The notes under the pieces are model-generated. The model saw only the letters and a program-made list of their open reading frames with translations, had not been told where the DNA came from and ran no database searches. A stretch of DNA of 38,861 nucleotides from Pseudomonadota bacterium (GTDB lineage: Bacteria > Pseudomonadota > Alphaproteobacteria > Acetobacterales > Acetobacteraceae), in assembly GCA_021784255.1 (NCBI GenBank), contig JAJXSZ010000001.1, positions 1-38,861 on the forward strand, in the 5' to 3' direction. Position 1 is the stretch's first letter, and every line of letters begins with the position of its first letter. Positions 7,374 to 15,351 of the stretch are shown piece after piece. The translations under genes and the position numbers were made by a program.

Positions 7374-9121
7374 TGGCGACCGAACATCCTTTCTAGATCG
7401 GAACGGGTGAATTTGAGAAAGGTCGGCCGACCGTGGCTGCAGGTCGCGGCGCGCGGCGTCGCCTCCATCCGGCGCAGCAGGGCGTCCATCTCCGGGCCGG
7501 CGAGCCTGCGTCCGGCACGGATCGAGCCGTGGCAGGCCAGGCGCGCGATCGCGGCATCGAGACGAGCCTCCAGCACCAGGCCCTCGCCCCAGGCGGCGAT
7601 CTCGTCGGCGAGATCGCGCAGCAGCGGTGCGGGATCGGCCGGCCCGAGCAGCGCGGGCAGCGCGCGGACCAGCACCGCGCCGTGGCCGAAGGGCTCGATC
7701 TCCAGGCCCAGGCGCGCGAACTCGGCCGCGCGCTCGGCCAGCGATGCAGCCTGACCCTCCGGCAGATCGACCACAGCGGGCAGCAGCAACGGCTGCGAGG
7801 CCACCGCCCCGGTGCGGAATTGTTCCGCTAGCGACTCGTGCGTCAGTCGCTCATGGGCAGCGTGCTGATCGACCAGGACCAACCCGCCATCGGGCGCGAC
7901 GGCAACGATATAGGTGTCGAGCACCTGCGCGACCGCGGCGCCGAGCGGATGTTCCGCCGCCGGTTCTGCGGCCTCGATGCCGCGCACCGCGGGAGGCGCG
8001 GCGAACGACAATCGCGCTTCGGCGAAGCCGCCGCGCGATACCTCCACGACCGGCGGCCATGGCGCTCGCACGACGGATGGGTATGGCACGAACGATCGCG
8101 AGCCCAGCGGTGCCGGCCGACCCACCGGCCTCGCGCCGCCCGCAAGGGCTCGCCGCAGGGCGCCGATCACCAGGCCGCGCACGGCCTCCGCGTCGCGGAA
8201 CCGCACCTCGGCCTTGGCGGGATGGACGTTCACGTCCACCGCTTCGGGATCGATCTCGAGGAACAGCGCCACGACCGCATGCCGCCCCGCAGCGATGACA
8301 TCGCGATAGGCGACCCGCACCGCCGTGCGCAGCACCGGGTCCGCGACCGGGCGACCGTTCACGGCCAGCAACTGGCCGGCGACGGTCGCGCGCGTCACCG
8401 CCGGCGGAGCGGCCAGGCCGTGCACGCGCAAGCCATCGCGCTGCTCGTCGAAGGCGATCGTTGCCTCCGGCGCCAGGAGCGCGGCGACGCGCTGGGCCAA
8501 CGGCTCCGCCGGCCGGTCGAACAGGGTCTCGTCATCGTTGCTGAAACGGAACGCCACGCCGGGTGCCGCAAGCGCGAGCCGGCGGACGGCAAGCTGCGCC
8601 GCGTCGCCCTCGCTGCGAGTGGATTTGAGGAATTTTCGCCGCGCCGGCGTGGCAAAAAACAGATCCTCGACCAGGACCCGCGTGCCCGGCGCGCCGGCGG
8701 CCGGGCGTACCTCAGACACCACGCCGCCCGCCACCGTGACGGTCGCAGCCTCCGCGCCAGGCCGCCGCGAGGTGATCGCAAGCCGCGCGGCCGCCCCGAT
8801 CGAGGCCAGTGCCTCGCCGCGGAAACCCAGCGTGGCGATGCGCACCAGGTCATCGTCCGGCAGTTTGGAGGTCGCATGCCGGCGCACCGCCAGCGCCAGC
8901 TCCGCCGCACTCATGCCGCCGCCGTCGTCGGCAACCTCGATCGCGGCGACGCCGCCGCCGGCGATGGCGGCGGCAATGCGCCTGGCGCCGGCGTCGAGCG
9001 CGTTCTCCACCAGCTCGCGCAACGCCGCGGCCGGTCGCTCTATCACCTCGCCGGCGGCGATGCGGTCGATCGTCGCATCCGGCAGCACGCGGATCCGCGG
9101 CAGCTCCGCGGTCGTGCTCAC
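7370..9121 (-). CDS. mutL: DNA mismatch repair endonuclease MutL
   Basis: The N-terminal GHKL ATPase reads IRVLPDATIDRIAAGEVIERPAAALRELVENALDAGA and TLGFRGEAL. The C-terminal endonuclease motif is DQHAAHERL. The GTG start at 9121 overlaps the pgi stop (GTGA). The upstream part of ORF 7370..9949 is antisense-of-pgi noise. Confidence 0.9.
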   Translation of the reverse strand: MSTTAELPRIRVLPDATIDRIAAGEVIERPAAALRELVENALDAGARRIAAAIAGGGVAAIEVADDGGGMSAAELALAVRRHATSKLPDDDLVRIATLGFRGEALASIGAAARLAITSRRPGAEAATVTVAGGVVSEVRPAAGAPGTRVLVEDLFFATPARRKFLKSTRSEGDAAQLAVRRLALAAPGVAFRFSNDDETLFDRPAEPLAQRVAALLAPEATIAFDEQRDGLRVHGLAAPPAVTRATVAGQLLAVNGRPVADPVLRTAVRVAYRDVIAAGRHAVVALFLEIDPEAVDVNVHPAKAEVRFRDAEAVRGLVIGALRRALAGGARPVGRPAPLGSRSFVPYPSVVRAPWPPVVEVSRGGFAEARLSFAAPPAVRGIEAAEPAAEHPLGAAVAQVLDTYIVAVAPDGGLVLVDQHAAHERLTHESLAEQFRTGAVASQPLLLPAVVDLPEGQAASLAERAAEFARLGLEIEPFGHGAVLVRALPALLGPADPAPLLRDLADEIAAWGEGLVLEARLDAAIARLACHGSIRAGRRLAGPEMDALLRRMEATPRAATCSHGRPTFLKFTRSDLERMFGRQ

Positions 9122-10764
9122 GGTCCCGCCTGCAGCGCGCGCAGCCGCGCGACCGAGGCCACCGTCGGCGCACGCGCGTCCGCCGGCTCGCCCGCCAGCA
9201 GCGGGCGTATCTCCCTGGCAAGCACCTTGCCCAGCTCCACGCCCCATTGGTCGAAGCTGTTGACGCCCCAGAGGCAGCCCTGCACCGCGACCTTGTGTTC
9301 GTAGAGCGCGATCAGGCGCCCGAGAGTAAACGCGTCGAGCCTGCGGAACAGGATCACCGTGCTCGGCCGGTTGCCGGTGAAGACGCGGTGCGGCGCGACG
9401 GCCTCGATGGTCCGCGCGTCGGCGCCGGCGGCGCGCATCGCCGCCTCCGCCGCCGCCCGGTCGCGTCCGAAAGCCAGCGCCTCCGCCTGCGCCAGCGCGT
9501 TGGCGGCGAGGATGGCGTGCGCGTCGGGCCGGTCGTGGTCGGGTTCGGCAGCGAGCAGGAAATCCACCGGCACGAGGTCGGTGCCCTGGTGGACGAGCTG
9601 CATGAAGCTGTGCTGCGCGTCCGTGCCCGCCGCGCCGAACACGATGGGGCAGGTCCGGTGCGCCGCCGGCGTGCCGTCCAGTGCCACCGCCTTGCCGTTG
9701 CTCTCCATCTCGAGCTGCTGGAGATAGGCCGCCAGCAGGCGCAGCCGCTCGTCGTAGCCGAGGATGCAGAGGCTTGCCGCCCCCAGCACGTCGCGATGCC
9801 AAATGCCGGCCAGCGCCAGCAGCACCGGCAGGTTGTCGGCGAAGGGCGCGGTGCGGAAATGCTGGTCCATCGCGTGGCCGCCGGCGAGGAACGCGGCGAA
9901 GGCGTCCCAGCCCGCGGCCAGCGCCACCGACATGCCGATCGACGACCATACGGAGTAGCGGCCGCCGACCCAGTCGCGGAAGCCGAACATGCGCTCCGGC
10001 GCGATGCCGAAGCGCCCGACCGCCGCGGCGTTGGTGGAGAGTGCGGCGAAATGCATCCCGACCGCCGCCTCGCCGAGCGCCGCGGCGAGCCAGGCGCGCG
10101 CGGCGGCGGCATTGGTCATCGTCTCCTCGGTGGTGAAGGTCTTGGAGGCGACGAGGACCAGCGTGCGCGCGGGATCGAGTGTGCGCGCGAGGCCGGCGAA
10201 GGCGTGGCCATCGACGTTGGACAGGAAGTGCGGGACGAGCCGGGGGCCGTGCACCTGCGTCAGCGCGTCGCAGACGAAGCGCGGGCCGAGATCGGAGCCG
10301 CCGATGCCGATGTTGAGCACGGCATCGAAGCGTTCCCCCGTCGCGCCCACCAGCCGTCCCGCATGCACGTCCGCCACGAAGCGGCGCATCCGGGTGCGCT
10401 CCGCCACCGCGTCGGCGCAGGCCTGGTCCCAGGCCGAGGCGTTGGCATGGGCATGCAGATGCGCCGGTTCCGGCGCGCGCAGCGCCATGTGCAGCGCCGG
10501 ACGATGCTCGGTCGCGTTCACCGCCTCGCCCGCGAACAGGCGCCGGCGGAAGCCCTCGAGGTCGGCGGCCCCGGCGAGCGCCAGCAGCGCGGCAAGCTCC
10601 GCCTCGCCGATCGAGCTGCGCGAAAGGTCGAGCGAGAGATCGTCCAGCGTGCGCGTCATCCGCGCCGGGCGGTCGGGATCGGCGGCGAAGCGGGCGGCAA
10701 TGTCACGTGCCCCCGCCACCGCGGCAAGCGCGGCGAGGCGGGACCATGCTTCCTGCGATTCCAT
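9118..10764 (-). CDS. pgi: glucose-6-phosphate isomerase
   Basis: Full-length Pgi-like sequence (VNATEHRPALHMALR, IGIGGSDLGP, SKTFTTEET, GGRYSVWS, QQLEMESNGK, NSFDQWGVELGK). The ATG 10764 start gives 548 aa. GTG 10821 is the maximal ORF. Confidence 0.9.
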   Translation of the reverse strand: MESQEAWSRLAALAAVAGARDIAARFAADPDRPARMTRTLDDLSLDLSRSSIGEAELAALLALAGAADLEGFRRRLFAGEAVNATEHRPALHMALRAPEPAHLHAHANASAWDQACADAVAERTRMRRFVADVHAGRLVGATGERFDAVLNIGIGGSDLGPRFVCDALTQVHGPRLVPHFLSNVDGHAFAGLARTLDPARTLVLVASKTFTTEETMTNAAAARAWLAAALGEAAVGMHFAALSTNAAAVGRFGIAPERMFGFRDWVGGRYSVWSSIGMSVALAAGWDAFAAFLAGGHAMDQHFRTAPFADNLPVLLALAGIWHRDVLGAASLCILGYDERLRLLAAYLQQLEMESNGKAVALDGTPAAHRTCPIVFGAAGTDAQHSFMQLVHQGTDLVPVDFLLAAEPDHDRPDAHAILAANALAQAEALAFGRDRAAAEAAMRAAGADARTIEAVAPHRVFTGNRPSTVILFRRLDAFTLGRLIALYEHKVAVQGCLWGVNSFDQWGVELGKVLAREIRPLLAGEPADARAPTVASVARLRALQAGP

Positions 10765-10837
10765 GCCCCGATCATACCCACGCTTGCCGTCCGCCGCGAG
10801 TACGGCCGGTTCGCTCGACACCGGATCGATCCGTCAC

Positions 10838-10900
10838 CAGAGCAACCTCCGCTGTGTCCGAGCCTGCCCGGCTCAGGCAGAGCGGAGATAAGTTGCTCTG
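10838..10900. other. 63-nt composite inverted repeat (three stacked stems) in the pgi upstream gap
   Basis: CAGAGCAAC (10838-46) pairs with GTTGCTCTG (10892-900). CTCCGCT (10847-53) pairs with AGCGGAG (10881-87). CTGCC (10864-68) pairs with GGCAG (10876-80). A second hairpin, TTTCCC-agagc-GGGAAA, lies at 10910-10926. Confidence 0.6.
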
Positions 10901-11033
10901 TTTCCCAAGTTTCCCAGAGCGGGAAATCGGGCCAGTTGATTCCATCCGGTCGGATATTGCTCTGGCATCATTCGCAACGAAACCGCGGCAGGCCGTCCCG
11001 GACGCTGCGTGGCGAACACTTGCACGGCCCTGT

Positions 11034-11063
11034 ATCCGGGCAATCTCGATCCGGGCAATCTCG
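11034..11063. repeat. perfect 2 x 15 bp tandem duplication (ATCCGGGCAATCTCG)
   Basis: Read directly from the sequence: 11034-11048 equals 11049-11063. Confidence 0.95.
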
Positions 11064-11339
11064 GCGCCAGAAACTGGTTCCGGGGCGATGCGGCGGTCGG
11101 CGCGGCGGCCGGGCTCACCGCCGGCGCCACGACGATCTGGTCCGGTGGCTGCTCGCCGGCACCACCGGGACCGTGCTGGTGGATGGTGCGCCGATCCCGA
11201 TCCGGCACCTCGGCAATGGGGTCAGCATCGCCCGGGAGACGCGGCGGGGCATCACCTGCCGGCACCGTCGGGGCCGACGCCGCGGCGCCGCTGCTGCGCG
11301 CGGCGCATCTGCGCCTGCCCGGTCGGGCGGCGCGGGGGC

Positions 11340-11891
11340 TCAGAACAGCGAGTTGAACAGCGAATTGTTGCGCTGAATGATCGGCGTGTCGCCGGTATCC
11401 ATGGGGCGGCCGAGCGCCTGATTGGCGCGGATCCGCTGCTGTTCCTTCGCCGCATCGACGGCAACGCCCGGCGGCGGGCTGTTGCTGCGCCAGAACATCA
11501 GTTCGTCGACGAAGCCCGGCTGCGCCGCCTGGTGGTTGTCGGCGGCGATCTGCTGGCGGATGTCGGTCGGCGCGGGCGGACCCGCGGCCTGGAGCAGCGC
11601 GGCCTGGCCGGCCGACATGCCGGCCGGCGCCATGCCGAGCGCGGTCTGCGGCGCCAGCGCCGCCTCCGCCGCGGCGCGGGCGCTCTGCGTCTGCGGGCGC
11701 GGGGCGCCGGGCTCGGGCGGGCGGAGGCTGAAATTCGGCGGGATCGAGAGCGGCGCCTGGGTCGTCACCGTGAACTCGTTCGGGGCCGCGCGTGTCAGCC
11801 CGAAAAAGCGGGAAGCCCCGCCATTGCCGCCACAGCCGGCGAGCGCCACCGCGCCGACCAGCACCACCGCCACGGAACCTGTCGCTTTCAT
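11340..11891 (-). CDS. DUF3035-type lipoprotein
   Basis: The start is taken at MKATGSVAVVLVGAVALAGCGG (lipobox LAGC). The rest is P/A/Q-rich with a conserved C-terminus (PIIQRNNSLFNSLF). It lies immediately downstream of lspA, as in many alphaproteobacteria. Confidence 0.7.
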   Translation of the reverse strand: MKATGSVAVVLVGAVALAGCGGNGGASRFFGLTRAAPNEFTVTTQAPLSIPPNFSLRPPEPGAPRPQTQSARAAAEAALAPQTALGMAPAGMSAGQAALLQAAGPPAPTDIRQQIAADNHQAAQPGFVDELMFWRSNSPPPGVAVDAAKEQQRIRANQALGRPMDTGDTPIIQRNNSLFNSLF

Positions 11892-11949
11892 GCGCGCTCC
11901 CCTACCATGCGCCACATCGTCATGCACCACCCCGGTCATGCGTTACCCC

Positions 11950-11981
11950 GGTCATTCATCGGCCTGGTCATTCATCGGCCT
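11950..11981. repeat. perfect 2 x 16 bp tandem duplication spanning the lspA stop codon
   Basis: GGTCATTCATCGGCCT occurs at 11950-11965 and again at 11966-11981. On the minus strand this duplicates CAG GCC GAT GAA TGA (QADE-stop). Confidence 0.95.
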
Positions 11982-12471
11982 GGACCTTGTTCCCCGCGGC
12001 GCCCCGGTCGCGCCGGCGCAGGCCATCGAGCACCAGCACGCCGACGCCGCAGACGATCGCCGCATCGGCGAGGTTGAAAACATACCAGGAATAGCCGAAG
12101 GCGTGCGCGTGGATGAAATCCACCACCGCGCCGAAGCGCAGCCGGTCGAGGATGTTGCCGACAGCACCGCCGGCGATGGCTCCCAGGGCCGCGGCCGCGA
12201 GCAGGCTTTCCGCCCGTCGCAGCCAGGCCCAGAGCAGCGCCACCACGATCAGCGCCACCGCGATCAGGATCCAGGTGCCGATCTGGCTGTCGCCGTTCAG
12301 GATCCCGAAGGTGATGCCATGGTTCCAGACCATGGTGAGGTTAAGCCACCAGAACACCCGCAGATCCTGCCGCACCGGCAGGTTGAGCCCATACAGCACC
12401 CACGCCTTGCTCGCCTGGTCGGCCACCAGCACCAGGAGGCCGGCCAGCGCGCCGAGCCGCTCGCGCGTCAT
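11968..12471 (-). CDS. lspA: lipoprotein signal peptidase II
   Basis: Four-TM profile with LNLTMVWNHGITFG, GGAVGNILDRLRFGAVVDF and FNLADAAI. Confidence 0.9.
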   Translation of the reverse strand: MTRERLGALAGLLVLVADQASKAWVLYGLNLPVRQDLRVFWWLNLTMVWNHGITFGILNGDSQIGTWILIAVALIVVALLWAWLRRAESLLAAAALGAIAGGAVGNILDRLRFGAVVDFIHAHAFGYSWYVFNLADAAIVCGVGVLVLDGLRRRDRGAAGNKVQADE

Positions 12472-12526
12472 CGCCGGGCCCGCGCGGTCAGTGCCATCGA
12501 GCGGCGCGGCTTCGCGGGCGGGCGCA

Positions 12527-15274
12527 TCAGGCCGCGCTGCGGCAGACGAGGCCGCTCGCCACCGCGTCCTCGCAGCGCCGGCACAGCGCCGGATGGCGCG
12601 CCGACTTGCCGACCTCCGGCAACACCCGCCAGCAACGCGCGCATTTCTGGCCCTCCGCGACGCCGACCCTTGCCGCCAGAGCCTCGCCCCTGTGCACGGC
12701 GACGTCCGAGACGATGGCCAGTTCCGCCCAGTCGGTACCAGTGAGTGCGGCGAACTCGGCCTCCGGCAGGGTCAGTTCCACTCTTGCCTGCAGGGAGGCG
12801 CTGATCTGGCCGGCCTGCCGCGCCGCCTCCAGCGCCGTGGTGATGGCGCGCCGCACCTCGCGCAGGGATTGCCACCGCGCCGCGAGCTCGCGGTCGCCCC
12901 AGCCCGCCGGGATCGTCGGGAACAGGCTGAGGTGCACGCTCTCGGCCTCGCCGAAACGCGCGATCCAGGCCTCCTCGGCGGTGAACGGCATCGCCGGGGC
13001 GAGCCATGTGCAGAGGCAGCGATGCAGATGGTCGAGCACCGTGCGCGCGGCGCGCCGGCGCGGCGCATCCGGCCGGTCGCAGTAGACCGTGTCCTTGCGG
13101 ATATCGAAATAGAACGCCGAGAGATCCGCAGCGCAGAAATTATGCAGCGCCGGATAGACGCCGGTCCAGTCGTGGCTCACCACCGCATCGCGGATCTGCA
13201 CGTCGAGCTCCGCCAGCCGGTGCAGCACGAAGCGCTCCAGCTCCGGCAGGTCCTCCGTCCGTTCGGTCTCGTCGAAGCCGGCGAGCGAGCCCAGCACCCA
13301 GCGCAGCGTGTTGCGCAAGCGACGGTAAAGCTCGGCCTGCTGCTTGAGGATCTCGCCGCCGATGCGCATGTCCTCGGCGGTGTCTGACGACATCACCCAC
13401 AGGCGCAGGATGTCGGCGCCGTATTTCTCCAGCACCTCCTCGGGAGCGACGACGTTGCCGAGCGACTTCGACATTTTGCGCCCCTGCTCGTCCATGACGA
13501 AGCCATGGGTGAGCACGGACTTGAACGGCGCGCGCCCGCGCGTGCCGACCGCCTCGAGCAGCGAGGAATGGAACCAGCCGCGATGCTGGTCCGAGCCTTC
13601 GAGGTAGAGGTCGGCCGGCCAGGGCAGGCCGCGCCCCTCCAGCACGAAGGCGTGGGTCGATCCGGACTCGAACCAGACATCGACGATGTCCTTCACCTGC
13701 TCGTAGTCCGCGGGATCGCGCCCGGGGCCAAGGAAGCGCTCGGGCGGGGACGCGTACCAGGCATCGGCCCCCTCGGTCCTGAACGCCTCGACGATGCGGT
13801 CGACGACGCCCTGGTCGCGCAGCGCCTCGCCCGAGGCGCGGTGCACGAAGACGGCAATCGGCACGCCCCAGGCACGCTGGCGGCTGATGCACCAGTCGGG
13901 GCGGGCGGCGACCATGGAGCCGATGCGGTTGCGCCCCTGCTGCGGCACGAAATGCGTCGCCGCGATCGCCTCCAGCGCCTTGGCGCGGATCCTGGTTGCG
14001 TCGTCCAGGGCGATGAACCATTGCGGTGTCGCACGGAAGATCAGCGGCGCGCGGGAGCGCCAGGAATGCGGGTAGGAATGCTGCAGCGTGCCGCGGGCGA
14101 GCAGGTTGCCGGCGTCGGCGAGCGCCTGACAGACCGCGTCCGCCGCCTTGTAGACATGCAGCCCCGCGAACAGCGGCACCCAGGCGTTGAACGTGCCGTC
14201 CGGCCCCACCGTGTCCGGCACCTCGATGCCATTGGCGCGGCCGAGGTAAAAATCGTCCTCGCCATGGCCGGGCGCGATATGGACGAAGCCGGTGCCCTGA
14301 TCCGTGGTGACGAAATCGGCCGCCAGCACCTTCACGTCGTGGTCGTAGCCGCGCCCGCGCAGCGGATGGGCGCACACGCTGCCGACCACATCCGCGCCCT
14401 TGACCATGCGGATCACGTGATGCGCGGTGACGCCGGTCTCCTTGATGAAGGCGGGCAGCAGCGGCAAGGCGACCAGCACCTGGCGGCGGAACGGCGCCTC
14501 GAGCTGCACCAGCGCGTATTCGAAGTCGGGCCCCACGGCGATGGCGCGGTTGCCCGGCATCGTCCAGGGCGTGGTGGTCCAGATCACCACCTCGGCGCCC
14601 TGAAACGGTCCGGCAATGACCGGAAAGGCGACGTGGATCGTCGTCGAGGTGTGGTCGTGGTACTCGATCTCCGCCTCGGCCAGCGCCGTCTTCTCGACCG
14701 GCGACCACATCACCGGGCGCAGCCCGCGATAGAGCGCGCCGTTCATCAGGAAGCGGCCGATCTCGCCGGCGATCGCCGCTTCCGACGGATAGTCCATCGT
14801 GGCGTAGCGGTGCGGCCAGTCGCCGAACACGCCGAGGCGACGGAACTCCTGCTCCTGCACGCCCATCCAGTGCTGCGCGTAGGCGCGGCATTCGGCACGG
14901 AAATCGATCACCGGCACCGTATCCTTGTCGCGCTTGGTCTTGCGGTATTCCTCCTCGATGCGCCACTCGATCGGCAGGCCGTGGCAGTCCCAGCCGGGAA
15001 TATAGTTGGCATCGAAGCCCGCCATCTGGGCGGCGCGATTGACCACGTCCTTGAGGATCTTGTTGAGCGCGGTGCCGATATGCAGGTGGCCGTTGGCGTA
15101 GGGCGGGCCGTCATGGAGGATGAAGAGCCGGCGGCCGGCGGATGCGTGGCGCTGGCGCTGCCAAAGATCCATCGCCTCCCAGCGCGCGAGCATCGCCGGC
15201 TCGCGCCGGGGCAGGTCCGCGCGCATGGGAAAGCCGGTCTCGGGCAGGAAGACGGTATCGCGGTAGTCGGTCAT
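12527..15274 (-). CDS. ileS: isoleucine--tRNA ligase
   Basis: HDGPPYANGHLHIGTALNK (HIGH), KMSKSLGN (KMSKS), and C-terminal Cys cluster CARCWR...CRRCEDAV. The start at MTDYRDTVFLP (ATG 15274) gives 915 aa. Confidence 0.95.
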   Translation of the reverse strand: MTDYRDTVFLPETGFPMRADLPRREPAMLARWEAMDLWQRQRHASAGRRLFILHDGPPYANGHLHIGTALNKILKDVVNRAAQMAGFDANYIPGWDCHGLPIEWRIEEEYRKTKRDKDTVPVIDFRAECRAYAQHWMGVQEQEFRRLGVFGDWPHRYATMDYPSEAAIAGEIGRFLMNGALYRGLRPVMWSPVEKTALAEAEIEYHDHTSTTIHVAFPVIAGPFQGAEVVIWTTTPWTMPGNRAIAVGPDFEYALVQLEAPFRRQVLVALPLLPAFIKETGVTAHHVIRMVKGADVVGSVCAHPLRGRGYDHDVKVLAADFVTTDQGTGFVHIAPGHGEDDFYLGRANGIEVPDTVGPDGTFNAWVPLFAGLHVYKAADAVCQALADAGNLLARGTLQHSYPHSWRSRAPLIFRATPQWFIALDDATRIRAKALEAIAATHFVPQQGRNRIGSMVAARPDWCISRQRAWGVPIAVFVHRASGEALRDQGVVDRIVEAFRTEGADAWYASPPERFLGPGRDPADYEQVKDIVDVWFESGSTHAFVLEGRGLPWPADLYLEGSDQHRGWFHSSLLEAVGTRGRAPFKSVLTHGFVMDEQGRKMSKSLGNVVAPEEVLEKYGADILRLWVMSSDTAEDMRIGGEILKQQAELYRRLRNTLRWVLGSLAGFDETERTEDLPELERFVLHRLAELDVQIRDAVVSHDWTGVYPALHNFCAADLSAFYFDIRKDTVYCDRPDAPRRRAARTVLDHLHRCLCTWLAPAMPFTAEEAWIARFGEAESVHLSLFPTIPAGWGDRELAARWQSLREVRRAITTALEAARQAGQISASLQARVELTLPEAEFAALTGTDWAELAIVSDVAVHRGEALAARVGVAEGQKCARCWRVLPEVGKSARHPALCRRCEDAVASGLVCRSAA

Positions 15275-15285
15275 GAACTCTCGTT

Positions 15286-15317
15286 CCAAAAAGATTCCGG
15301 GCTCCGTCCGGACCCGG
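15286..15317 (-). terminator. candidate intrinsic terminator / attenuator between ribF and ileS
   Basis: On the minus strand, the GC-rich hairpin CCGGGTCCGGACGGAGCCCGG is followed by AATCTTTTTGG. This is the only stem plus T-run I saw in the ribF-ileS gap. Confidence 0.35.
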
Positions 15318-15351
15318 CAAGGGCCCGGCCCCCCGCGTCCCGTCATTCGTC

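Noticed and set aside
10873-11265. A minus-strand 130-aa Pro-rich ORF in the pgi upstream gap.
   Set aside because: Its GC3 is only about 78% by my count, versus about 90% in real genes here. Its composition collapses in the GC-poor part, and it shows no motif, signal peptide or ribosome-binding site. It is left as unexplained non-coding DNA (see findings) rather than called a gene.
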